Assembly: GCA_041671765.1 (NCBI GenBank)
Contig: JBAZAX010000007.1
Location: 68 to 64,067, forward strand
Reading direction: 5' to 3'
DNA: 64,000 nt
From: Candidatus Babeliales bacterium
GTDB lineage: Bacteria; Babelota; Babeliae; Babelales; RVW-14
In this document: in pieces, positions 53,544 through 62,372 of the stretch
How the letters are laid out: each line of letters starts with the position of its first letter
Position numbering within the stretch: the stretch's first letter is position 1
Translations under genes and position numbers: made by a program
Notes under the pieces: generated by a model
Seen by the model: only the letters and a program-made list of their open reading frames with translations
Databases searched by the model: none
Told to the model about the DNA's origin: nothing

Positions 53544-56294
53544 TTATAAAATCGAACACCACCATGATGATTCTTTTGTCAGGCCACTTATTATCATGGA
53601 GCTGATCAATGCATCTTTTCGAACGGAAGAAAGCTGTGGTCTATATGGGTTTAGAACGGCAACCGATTCATCTTGGCTACCTGCAACAAGGCTTTCAAGA
53701 TTATATCTAAAAAACCAGTATTGTTCTGGAGAAACAGCAACAACACCTCGCATTAACTCTATTAAAATACCTCTTTTAATACCCAACTTACACCCAAGAA
53801 TGCTGTATGCATTACATGCGATGCTAACCAACAAAGAACGTTGTGTGTTTGTACGATCTTCTGATACAAGATATTGTTTGGCATCTGCCAAAAATTGCCT
53901 ACTTATTGAAGCCAAATCGACACTCAAATCACTATGACAAATTATACTGATATAACGTCTTGAATAACTGAATATCAGCGCAGATAATACATCAATATTT
54001 TTTTGTCGCTTTATAAAATTTTGCAAAGCATGAAGGGCTGTAATTCCTGCAGGCAAGTAAGCCAAAGTTTTAGCCGCATTCTCCCTATTCTCTGCCTGAA
54101 GTACTTTATGTAAAAAAGCAACAGTATTTTCTGCGGCAATAAACATACATGCAGCTTTTAATGGATCTGAAGGAAGTAATGCCGGAACAAGCGCATAACA
54201 AGCCGATATTGCACAACGTGTATTAATGTCATCTTTGGGATAAGAAGCTTGATTATGCGGTATAGTTTGAAAATTTACATCAAACAAAGACTGCCCTATT
54301 TTTTGTAGAAAATAAATTACCTCTTCTCGTATATTTTGTCTCAATGACGAATCTTCAAGAGCTTCAATCAAATGATAAACAATTTGCATAGCCGAACCAC
54401 TTTGAGGAATTATTTCCTTATCATGGATATAAAAAATAAGAACTTGAATTGATGGATCTGCAATAGAAGAAGCCTCTCTGACAAAATTTTGTATAAGTGC
54501 CTTTTTAGGAGAAATCCCAACTGCCAGTAATAATCTGATTAAAAAAGCTTTCACAAATTTATTATCAAGATTCTGACTCAACGCTCTAATAACATCGTCA
54601 AATCCAACCAATTCTCTTTTATCAAAATGCTTACGACCTGGTATAAGCAGGAACAAAGGCTCTAACAAATCAATCGCATTTTTAATATCACCCCGAGCCT
54701 GACTCTGTAGCAAACAAACACCTCGATACCAAGAAAGAAGATGTTTATTCCCTAACTTTTCAATAAATGCAATCGCTTCATCATGCTTACCATCCCTATA
54801 ACAACGCGCTATGAATGCATTATTATCTACTTGCGATGGTTGTTCGTGAACTTCTTGTTTAGACACTTGGGGAGCGGGTTGTAATGACGATTCTGCTTCA
54901 GGCTTAACTTCTTCTTTTCTATGCTCAACCATTTTTACAGACTCCTGTCTGATAGGGGCTTGCTTTTCTGGAGCTTTTTCTTTTTTACGCTCAGGTTTTT
55001 TGGCATGCTTTTGCACAACCTGTTTATCTTGAGGTTGTTGCGCCGCAACAACTTTAGACACTAAAACCTCAGGCGTTGCAACTGGTTTGTCAGGCACCGA
55101 ACGCAAAACCACAGAACTTGATTCCAGCTCTTGGGGAGCAGGGGAAGTAGATTGCAACAACGGGTGCGTTTCAGTCTTAATTTTTTCTTTTTTCTTTTCA
55201 ACTGATTTTACAGGCTCCTGTTTCTTAACAGCCGGCTGTTTATCAGCCGGGCTCAAAGATTGCGTATCAACCGCCCTAGGCTGTTGTAGATCTTGTTGCG
55301 CTGGAGAATCTTGTCGCCCTAAAACTTCTGTATGAGCCAAAGCCTCAGATACTTCAACCGTCTTTTTAGGCTCTGAACTCAATCTTATAAAACTTGGTAT
55401 AAACGCAGGGGCATCAGGATTTAATTTGCTTTTGTTCTCAGTCAATAAAACGTGAGTTGAAGATGAAGTCGATGGAGCTGGTTGTGGTAGTGCCGGCTCC
55501 GGTAACAATTGCAATGGTAATATTGATGTATGCTCAGGTGCAAGTACAAAATCAAAATGATAATGTCGAACAAACACCTGTGCCACGGGACACCCATCCA
55601 CAGCAGCAGAAAAAATCTTTCCCAAAAGCAACTGTTTTGGCCACTGAATAGAACGCCACACATCTGAACGTTTTTTTTCGACTCGCTTCGAACCAATATG
55701 AGCCATATGTTGTAACCACTTGTGATCATTCTGAGCAAGATTGTGTAACTCTTCTAATATCCGATATTCAAGCGAAGATCGAGCAAGATGTACCGGATCA
55801 AGCTGTGCAAATATTTGTTGATTAACATCAGGTTCATGTTTGTAAGAATCTCGCTCTCGAACAAATTCTTGCAGTTGAGAAAGTTCATCAAAAGTCAGTA
55901 AGTTCATCTGGTGCCGCTCGTGCGCAGCCCAAAGAGCATCACACTCGCGATATTTTTTCACAATCTTAGATTTAATACTTTTTAAAAGCGAATCTTTGTC
56001 GACACGTGAAAGACATCGATCATTCTGTAAATATAATTCTTGCAATTCAAGACCATTAATATCTTCATGTATCCTTGAAAGAACATCCTTGATAAATTGC
56101 ATTTCAAAAAATTCAATTTTCATATAACGATCATAAGTCTCGCAGCACTGTGCAATATATTGATCTCTTGCAATCTGTTTCTGTTCAGACGAAGGGCCGG
56201 CGTAAGACTCCATTCCGAATAATTGAAAATTAACATTTAATAAACTTATTGCAAAAATAAAACCTTTAAACGATAGAAAGCATAACCTTTTCAT
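53544..56294 (-). CDS. large (916 aa) leader-bearing orphan protein with P/Q/K/E-rich disordered centre, helical C-terminal half and CaaX box (CSIL)
   Basis: Leader MKRLCFLSFKGFIFAISLL. Central low-complexity region (KKQEPVKSVEKKKEKIK.., KKPERKKEKAPEKQ..). Ends SSWWCSIL*. Confidence 0.65.
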   Translation of the reverse strand: MKRLCFLSFKGFIFAISLLNVNFQLFGMESYAGPSSEQKQIARDQYIAQCCETYDRYMKIEFFEMQFIKDVLSRIHEDINGLELQELYLQNDRCLSRVDKDSLLKSIKSKIVKKYRECDALWAAHERHQMNLLTFDELSQLQEFVRERDSYKHEPDVNQQIFAQLDPVHLARSSLEYRILEELHNLAQNDHKWLQHMAHIGSKRVEKKRSDVWRSIQWPKQLLLGKIFSAAVDGCPVAQVFVRHYHFDFVLAPEHTSILPLQLLPEPALPQPAPSTSSSTHVLLTENKSKLNPDAPAFIPSFIRLSSEPKKTVEVSEALAHTEVLGRQDSPAQQDLQQPRAVDTQSLSPADKQPAVKKQEPVKSVEKKKEKIKTETHPLLQSTSPAPQELESSSVVLRSVPDKPVATPEVLVSKVVAAQQPQDKQVVQKHAKKPERKKEKAPEKQAPIRQESVKMVEHRKEEVKPEAESSLQPAPQVSKQEVHEQPSQVDNNAFIARCYRDGKHDEAIAFIEKLGNKHLLSWYRGVCLLQSQARGDIKNAIDLLEPLFLLIPGRKHFDKRELVGFDDVIRALSQNLDNKFVKAFLIRLLLAVGISPKKALIQNFVREASSIADPSIQVLIFYIHDKEIIPQSGSAMQIVYHLIEALEDSSLRQNIREEVIYFLQKIGQSLFDVNFQTIPHNQASYPKDDINTRCAISACYALVPALLPSDPLKAACMFIAAENTVAFLHKVLQAENRENAAKTLAYLPAGITALHALQNFIKRQKNIDVLSALIFSYSRRYISIICHSDLSVDLASISRQFLADAKQYLVSEDRTNTQRSLLVSIACNAYSILGCKLGIKRGILIELMRGVVAVSPEQYWFFRYNLESLVAGSQDESVAVLNPYRPQLSSVRKDALISSMIISGLTKESSWWCSIL

Positions 56295-56511
56295 AACATC
56301 TCCATTATTTGCTTTATCTGTTTTTAATAACGTACACTGTATATATTTAAAAAGTGTCTATTAAATATATATTTTTATATTATCAATTTCTATTTGAACG
56401 TCAATAATGGCCTGAAATTTTGGCTTTTTAAGCTCAAGAACAACTAAATGTTTTCAGCCTGAAACTATTTAGTTGTTTTAAAGACCATGCCATGGCGTAT
56501 AAAGTCTTGAA

Positions 56512-56543
56512 TAAAAAAATGGACCCTGTCTTCAGGGCCCATT
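56512..56543 (-). terminator. rho-independent terminator
   Basis: Minus strand GGGCCCUG-AAGA-CAGGGUCC (one G-U), followed by AUUUUUUU. Confidence 0.55.
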
Positions 56544-56573
56544 AAATTTTAAAGTATTATTAAAGTAATTTAA

Positions 56574-57071
56574 TTACTTACAACAATTTTCCAAATCTTC
56601 AAGTAACATTACCAAATCTTGCTCGTGCGTAACTTCATCCTCAAGAATTTTAGAAATTATATTTGCTGTAACAAAATCTTTACCATAAACATCATTCAGC
56701 AGAGAGTTGTAAAACTTAATTGCACACTGCTCGCCTTTTATATTTTCTTGCAAAATAATTTTTGAACTCTCAGACTTAACAGCATTATACTTACAACCGG
56801 CAAATTTTTCCCATTCACTTGGAAGCATTTTAACAACTCCACCAAGCTGAATAATACGGTCCGTTATCATCTGAGCATGTGCTAACTCTTCACCGGCATG
56901 CTGTACCAATTCTGCAACAATGGCAGGACGCATAACCCCTTTTGCAATTTGTGCACCAAGCCAGTATTGATAGTATGCAGACCACTCATCAGCAAAAGCC
57001 GTTGTTAATTTTTTTAACAAATCTTTTACATCGACATCGGCAATATCTTTTCCAACTAATTTTACGGCCAT
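56574..57071 (-). CDS. ferritin-like di-iron protein (Bfr/Dps superfamily)
   Basis: 165 aa, four-helix pattern with E..H pairs (AGEELAHAQ, EDEVTHEQD). Confidence 0.75.
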   Translation of the reverse strand: MAVKLVGKDIADVDVKDLLKKLTTAFADEWSAYYQYWLGAQIAKGVMRPAIVAELVQHAGEELAHAQMITDRIIQLGGVVKMLPSEWEKFAGCKYNAVKSESSKIILQENIKGEQCAIKFYNSLLNDVYGKDFVTANIISKILEDEVTHEQDLVMLLEDLENCCK

Positions 57072-57269
57072 AACATTCTCCTTCTACTGATTTGAAAATT
57101 AAACATAATTCAAAGTTACATTTTTTTTGATGCTTTGGAAACTCTCGATTTTATACAGCTTTGAAAGCACAAATTTTAATTAAATCTCAAAAAAATTGTA
57201 TGCAATCACGCTTTAATGCCAGAATAATTTTAAAGGTTATATAAAATCTATATTTTAGTAAGGGGAGTT

Positions 57270-57752
57270 ATGGATAAACAGGCATTCTCATTAATAGAAC
57301 TTATGATTGTTGTTGCAATAATAGCATTTTTGGCAACCGTTTCGGTACCGCAATATTTGAAATATCAAGCCAAGGCTCGACAAGCAGAAGTGGCGGTAAA
57401 CCTTGCCTCTTTGCATACAGCAATGCAGGCATACTTTATAGAACACGGCAGCTACACAAATGTCTTAAATGGTGAAGGTGGAATCGGCTGGAAGCCGGAG
57501 GGATATTCAGGCGGTGGCAAAAATGAAAATTTTTACTACACTTATGGCTTCAATTTTGCAGGAGCACAGGAAGGCGTACATTATTTCACAGGAAAACTTG
57601 AAACATCAAAAGATAGCATGGGCCAATGTTCAGTAGAAGGCGGACATTTTGTAGCCAAAGCCTCGGGAGATGTTTATGGAAAAGGAAAATCTGACGTTTG
57701 GACAATGAACGAAAGCCGTAAGCTGGTGCACGAAGTCGATGGTTTGGAGTAA
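57270..57752 (+). CDS. type IV pilin / pseudopilin (prepilin N-terminal methylation domain)
   Basis: MDKQAFSLIELMIVVAIIAFLATVSVPQYLKYQAKARQAEV. Confidence 0.85.
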   Translation: MDKQAFSLIELMIVVAIIAFLATVSVPQYLKYQAKARQAEVAVNLASLHTAMQAYFIEHGSYTNVLNGEGGIGWKPEGYSGGGKNENFYYTYGFNFAGAQEGVHYFTGKLETSKDSMGQCSVEGGHFVAKASGDVYGKGKSDVWTMNESRKLVHEVDGLE

Positions 57753-57879
57753 CAATAAAAATCCATTTTTTCTTCTATAATATTAACTTTTTTTCTAAAA
57801 AAAAAGAGTTGATATTATTTCTTGCATTATCTGCCACATCTGGCAAAATATACTTATTGAAATCAAAACTATACGGATT

Positions 57880-57957
57880 GGGGCTGTAGCTCAGTTTGGT
57901 TAGAGCGTCCGCCTGTCACGCGGAAGGTCGCGAGTTCGAGCCTCGTCAGCCCCGCCA
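57880..57957 (+). tRNA. tRNA-Asp (anticodon GUC)
   Basis: Hand-folded. Acceptor GGGGCTG/CAGCCCC, D arm GCTC..GAGC, anticodon stem TCCGC/GCGGA with loop CTGTCAC, T arm GCGAG-TTCGAGC-CTCGT, encoded CCA. Confidence 0.92.
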
Positions 57958-58327
57958 TTTGATACTATCGGTCAAATTTAGGAACAAATCAAATGGTTTT
58001 TGTACGTCCCAGTCGATGTTTTCCCCCTCCATTCTCAAGTTCGATAGTATCAGTTTTATAAGTTGGCGCTTTTCTTCCACTTCAGAACTCGTAAATAATT
58101 CATGAGCACGGTTTACTATCTCCAGCACGTATTTTGCGCTCATAAAATAGTTATCTTCCGCCCCCTGTAAACTTTCAATTCGAATCGTAATTTCGGTCAG
58201 TTGAAAATGCCCCAGTGGCATATAATTCAAATGTCTTTTTAACAATTTCACTTGCATATTCATAAACAATAATATCAGTATTAACATCATCTTTTTTCTG
58301 GTTTAAATAAATTTTATTTGCAGCCAT
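57946..58327 (-). pseudogene. decayed serine (large-resolvase type) recombinase remnant abutting tRNA-Asp
   Basis: Two frames carry recombinase-like pieces. One is MAANKIYLNQKKDDVNTDIIVYEYASEIVKKTFELYATGAFS.. then a stop. The track ORF 57946..58290 has a C-terminus ..EKRQLIKLILSNLRMEGENIDWDVQKPFDLF. The catalytic domain is missing. The stop overlaps the last 12 nt of the tRNA. Homology is from memory of family C-termini. Confidence 0.55.
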
Positions 58328-58425
58328 TGTCCCATATTTGGATAAAGTAAAAAGATATCGTTTACACCCAATATTTATGCTATTATGTATTTAAATAAAT
58401 AAGTAAATTTTAACAGGAGTATGAA

Positions 58426-58677
58426 ATGAGTTTAAAAAACGACACATCACGTATGACAATAGATATTCCCAAAGCAAGTCATAAACAACTTAAGACTCTC
58501 TCAGCCGTCTTAGGAAAAAGCATTAGAGAGATTGTAACTGAATCAATCGAAGACTATCTTCACCACGTTAAGTTACCGAATAAAAAAACGCTCAAATCCA
58601 TTCAAGACGTTGAAAATGATACGAATCTTACAAAAACAAAAAGTGCCAAAGATCTTTTTAAAAAATTGGGTATATAA
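58426..58677 (+). CDS. RHH antitoxin, DinJ/RelB-like
   Basis: 83 aa. N-terminal RHH (RMTIDIPKASHKQLKTLSAVLGKSIREIV). The C-terminus NKKTLKSIQDVENDTNLTKTKSAKDLFKKLGI parallels the E. coli DinJ tail (..NQLTIQSIKNSEAGIDVHKAKDADDLFDKLGI). Confidence 0.7.
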   Translation: MSLKNDTSRMTIDIPKASHKQLKTLSAVLGKSIREIVTESIEDYLHHVKLPNKKTLKSIQDVENDTNLTKTKSAKDLFKKLGI

Positions 58678-58802
58678 TGTTAACGCTTATTTATCTAAAG
58701 ATTAACCAAATCAGAGATTACTGAAATAGAGCTGAAAGCTCAAATTGAACATCAAGCAATACTGGAAGCCAAATATATTAAATCGTTATAAAAGGATCTG
58801 TA

Positions 58803-60212
58803 ATGAAGATGCCGCAATTAAAAGCAATCGTCAAACATGGAGAGTCTGAGATATTAGAGTTCAAAACTTCAACAGGATCACTCGATGGTGCAATGAAAAC
58901 AGTGTGTGCTTTTTTGAATAGTGAAACAGGTGGCACAGTTATTTTTGGCGTCAAAGATAATGGCCAAATCGTTGGACAAGAAGTTACAGACAAAACGCGA
59001 AAAGAGATTGCTGTAGAATTAAGCAAAATAGAACCACATGCAAAAGTTGATGTTCAATTCGTAAAAGTTGCAGGAAATCACCAAGCCATTGTCTTGCTGG
59101 TAACCCCTGGCGAGAAAGCTCCGTACACCTATGATGGTCGAGCATTTATCCGTAATCAATCAACAACTGGAAGAATGGCAAAAGAAGAGTATATGTATCT
59201 GCACAACCAAAATAATCCTACGTTATGGGAAGGATTAACGAGCTCTTCGTGTAAGTTAAGCGATCTTGATCACAATCGAATCAGAGAAGTTGCTCGTCTA
59301 GCAGTTGCTGAAAAAAGACTCCCAGAGATAGCCATGAAAGCAAGTATTCAGGGTATCCTCAAAAAATTTAAGTTGATAATAAATGAAAAGCTCACAAACG
59401 CTGCAGTAATCTTGTTTTGTAAAAACGAGCAAAAACAATTTATGCAATCCAGCATTAAGCTTGCACGTTTTGCCGGAACTGATAAAACCAAATTCTTAGA
59501 TACCAAAATGTTTAATGCAAATGCATTTGATCTATACGATAAAGCAATCGATTTTCTAACCTTTAGCTTGCCAGTAGAAGCTCGAATAGAACCCGGCAAC
59601 CCTAAACGCGTTGAAGAGCCTGCCATACCTTATAATGTTTTACGAGAAGCGATTACCAATGCCTTGGTTCATCGTGATTATAGCCACGCGGGAGGCTCAA
59701 TAGATATTGCGGTTTATGATGACCGCATAAACATTTCTAATATTGGCTCTTTGCCAAAGGGCGTTCTTTTAACGCAATTATCAAAAGAACATCCATCAAT
59801 TGCGCGAAATCCCCTTATCGCACATGTGTTCTATTTATGCGGAAAAATTGAAAAATGGGGCCGTGGTACACTTGATATGATTCAAGATTGCAAAAGAGCA
59901 GGCAATCCACTACCAAAATTCGAAGAAATTGGCGGAAGTTTTTCAGTAACATTGCCACTTAAAAGATCGATTCGGTCAGCCAGATTTATCAGTGAAACAC
60001 TGCAAGACACGTCTATAACGTTAACAACTCGACAAAAAGAGATACTGGATATTCTGAAGCAAGGACCGCTTAAAATGCCTAAAATCATCGAGAAAATGAA
60101 CACGAAGCTATCCTTTAGAATGATGCAACTTGAGCTTGCCAAACTAAAAAAAATGTCGCTCATAAAATCCACTGGGAGAACCAAATCCACTCTCTGGAGC
60201 CTAGCCAATTAG
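58803..60212 (+). CDS. AlbA_2 (Schlafen-like) + HATPase_c_4 + C-terminal wHTH protein (often mis-annotated RecG-like)
   Basis: GESEILEFKTS..AMKTVCAFLNSETGGTVIFGV (AlbA_2). REAITNALVHRDYSHAGGSIDIAVYDDRINISNIGSLP and IEKWGRG (HATPase_c_4). C-terminal LTTRQKEILDIL wHTH. Confidence 0.8.
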   Translation: MKMPQLKAIVKHGESEILEFKTSTGSLDGAMKTVCAFLNSETGGTVIFGVKDNGQIVGQEVTDKTRKEIAVELSKIEPHAKVDVQFVKVAGNHQAIVLLVTPGEKAPYTYDGRAFIRNQSTTGRMAKEEYMYLHNQNNPTLWEGLTSSSCKLSDLDHNRIREVARLAVAEKRLPEIAMKASIQGILKKFKLIINEKLTNAAVILFCKNEQKQFMQSSIKLARFAGTDKTKFLDTKMFNANAFDLYDKAIDFLTFSLPVEARIEPGNPKRVEEPAIPYNVLREAITNALVHRDYSHAGGSIDIAVYDDRINISNIGSLPKGVLLTQLSKEHPSIARNPLIAHVFYLCGKIEKWGRGTLDMIQDCKRAGNPLPKFEEIGGSFSVTLPLKRSIRSARFISETLQDTSITLTTRQKEILDILKQGPLKMPKIIEKMNTKLSFRMMQLELAKLKKMSLIKSTGRTKSTLWSLAN

Positions 60213-60216
60213 AATC

Positions 60217-60264
60217 GCGAAATGATTGCGAAATGATTGCGAAATGATTGCGAAATGATTGCGA
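60217..60264. repeat. 11-bp perfect tandem repeat GCGAAATGATT x4 plus a partial unit
   Basis: Units at 60217, 60228, 60239 and 60250, then GCGA. Begins 5 nt after the stop codon at 60212. Confidence 0.85.
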
Positions 60265-60314
60265 CGCAGTTCTAAACCTTACACATCTTAAATTTTATAA
60301 CCTGTTCTTTTATA

Positions 60315-60349
60315 ATGCCAAACGAATTATTAGCGTTTGGCATTTTTAC
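60315..60349 (+). terminator. rho-independent terminator
   Basis: AATGCCAAACG-AATTATTAG-CGTTTGGCATT followed by TTTT. Confidence 0.65.
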
Positions 60350-60482
60350 TTTCTTAGCATCTGTTAACTGGAAAATGGTTGTGAAAAAAATTGACTTTGT
60401 TCGGCAACAAGTTACCCTATGGAAAAAAGTTATGCATAACAGTTAAACAATATAACCCAAAAATGTTTATACAAGGCCAAAA

Positions 60483-61496
60483 ATGCTACAATTACGTAAA
60501 CTTTACTTATGTCTGTTTTTTGTGAGTCTTGAGACTGCATACGCCTATACACCAACAACATGGATAGAAGGAACTCCCAACAATCTCTTTTCCCCTCCAT
60601 GTGTTTCAAATGTGCATGGCAGATTCAAAAAATGTTCACCGTGGCAAGGCCATGTGCAAGCAAATCTTTTCAGTGTGGTACAACCCAACGAATCTTATTA
60701 TGGATATGAAGGATATGGAATTGCGCTACAAGGCCACCTACACCTAGATGGATTACTGAAAGGCTTATATGTGCAACTCTATGTTCCGACGCTTTTAGTA
60801 CATGAAAAGATACGTAGGTGGAGCTGGTTAAGTGGACCGCAAAAATATTATAGTGGTTACTCCGCTTCCATAGCTGATATTCCCACTTTGATAGGATGGG
60901 AGGCAATTCAAAGAAAAAGTTGGCATGTTTCAGGGTATTTTGTTGGAACAATTCCCACGTCAAAACATAAATTATTTCATCATGGATTAGCGTATCCATC
61001 TATTTCGTATAATCGTCAATTTTCATGTGCTCCCGGGCTGGAGAATTTTGTTCGTTTATGGGGAAAACCGAAGCACCATATTGATTGGCTTACTGAAGCT
61101 GATGTAACATTTCGGCGGGGCTTTAATGACACATGGGTCACGATCAATTGGACGGATAATTCAAGTACATTGGTACCAATAAGAATTCATGCAAATCGGA
61201 TGTATAGAGTTCGATCGGATATAGCATATAAATTTAAGCATTTTATCAGTGATTTTGGAGTGCAATATCTCAATATCCCCGAAGAAGAATGCTCTTTAAT
61301 TAATCAACCACCGACATCAATGGATACGGTTATCAGTCCCAGCCAAGAGATGTGGGATGTATTTTTGGACATAGGCTGGGAAATGCAACTTGCTAAATTA
61401 CCATCATATGTCACGATTGGCGTACACTATGGAATAGGCGAAGCTAATACCCCTGAATATTGGGATATTAATGTAAAAGTTGGCACACAATTTTGA
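60483..61496 (+). CDS. putative outer-membrane beta-barrel protein
   Basis: Leader MLQLRKLYLCLFFVSLETAYA. Aromatic-rich alternating segments. C-terminal ..INVKVGTQF ends in Phe, as in OMP sorting signals. Family not recognised. Confidence 0.45.
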   Translation: MLQLRKLYLCLFFVSLETAYAYTPTTWIEGTPNNLFSPPCVSNVHGRFKKCSPWQGHVQANLFSVVQPNESYYGYEGYGIALQGHLHLDGLLKGLYVQLYVPTLLVHEKIRRWSWLSGPQKYYSGYSASIADIPTLIGWEAIQRKSWHVSGYFVGTIPTSKHKLFHHGLAYPSISYNRQFSCAPGLENFVRLWGKPKHHIDWLTEADVTFRRGFNDTWVTINWTDNSSTLVPIRIHANRMYRVRSDIAYKFKHFISDFGVQYLNIPEEECSLINQPPTSMDTVISPSQEMWDVFLDIGWEMQLAKLPSYVTIGVHYGIGEANTPEYWDINVKVGTQF

Positions 61497-61680
61497 AGCT
61501 CGTGATAAATAATTTGATTTAAAAAACAAGGTCCGCAAATCTTGCAAATCTTATTCTTTTGTTCTTGAAGAGACATGAATATCTCATTCTAATTAGTTAT
61601 TTCTAATTTTAGTTGAGATTTTGTTAAAGATTTAAGATACTAAAATTCAAAGTGAGTTGTAAAAAGAGAAGTGTAGTAAT

Positions 61681-61920
61681 ATGACGCCAAATATTTTAAG
61701 GTATAAAAATTACAGGTTCTTTTTCTTTTCTCGCGAGGAATCCAGAATGCACGTGCATGTTAGATCTTCTGAAGGAGAAGCGAAATTTTGGATTAAACCT
61801 ATGATTGCACTTGCAGATTATAGTGGATACTCGGAACGACAGATAAGAGAACTTGCAAAGATTGTGGAAAAATATGAAAAAGAAATCCAAAAATCTTGGG
61901 AACTCTATTTCGGTTGCTGA
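61681..61920 (+). CDS. DUF4160-domain protein
   Basis: YRFFFFSREESRMHVHV matches the DUF4160 signature (..F.F.S.E...PH.HV). Confidence 0.75.
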   Translation: MTPNILRYKNYRFFFFSREESRMHVHVRSSEGEAKFWIKPMIALADYSGYSERQIRELAKIVEKYEKEIQKSWELYFGC

Positions 61921-62140
61921 AATCCAAGGTATATCAAAACAGGGGTTATGGATTTTTGTAAAAGATCAGGAATTTTTCCTGCCATTTGATGAATATCCAT
62001 GGTTTGCAAAGGCAACAATTAATCAGATCTATGATTTTGAGCTTTATCACGAAAAGCATCTGCATTGGCCATCTTTGGATGTTGATTTGGACGTTGATTC
62101 ACTTAAATATCCTGAGGCATATCCATTGAAATGCAAATAA
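61874..62140 (+). CDS. DUF2442-domain protein
   Basis: GLWIFVKDQEFFLPFDEYPWFAKATINQI..HLHWPSLDVDLDVDSL matches the DUF2442 pattern. ATG 61874 preferred over the TTG in the track. Overlaps the DUF4160 gene. Confidence 0.7.
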   Translation: MKKKSKNLGNSISVAEIQGISKQGLWIFVKDQEFFLPFDEYPWFAKATINQIYDFELYHEKHLHWPSLDVDLDVDSLKYPEAYPLKCK

Positions 62141-62372
62141 GATTTTTGAAGGCAACTCAAGCTCGCTCACCAAAGTTTTTAAAACGATATAAAAAATGCC
62201 TTAAACCCTAATTTTATTACAATTTCAAAGCCAAATAAGCCCCGCCACACCACAATTATTTCATTTGTAATTAATTCCCCATTTTTACCCCCACCCCATT
62301 TGTTAAAGACGGCCAGATCAGGCAAGCTAGATTCAGGTTAAGAATTTTTAGTAATTTATTGGGGGTTATATC

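Noticed and set aside
57896-58105. 69-aa plus-strand ORF starting inside tRNA-Asp.
   Set aside because: It begins with TTG within the tRNA and reads through it. It is antisense to the recombinase remnant and has no support.
60217-60264. Considered whether the tandem repeat is a CRISPR array or a mini-CRISPR.
   Set aside because: The units are 11 bp, contiguous with no spacers, and there are no cas genes. It is a simple tandem repeat.
62238-62247. The 10-nt match to the tRNA-Asp 3' end, considered as a definitive attR.
   Set aside because: It is kept only as a weak candidate within the island finding. Ten nt is short, roughly 0.1 chance matches are expected before composition correction, and serine recombinases do not generate long direct repeats.
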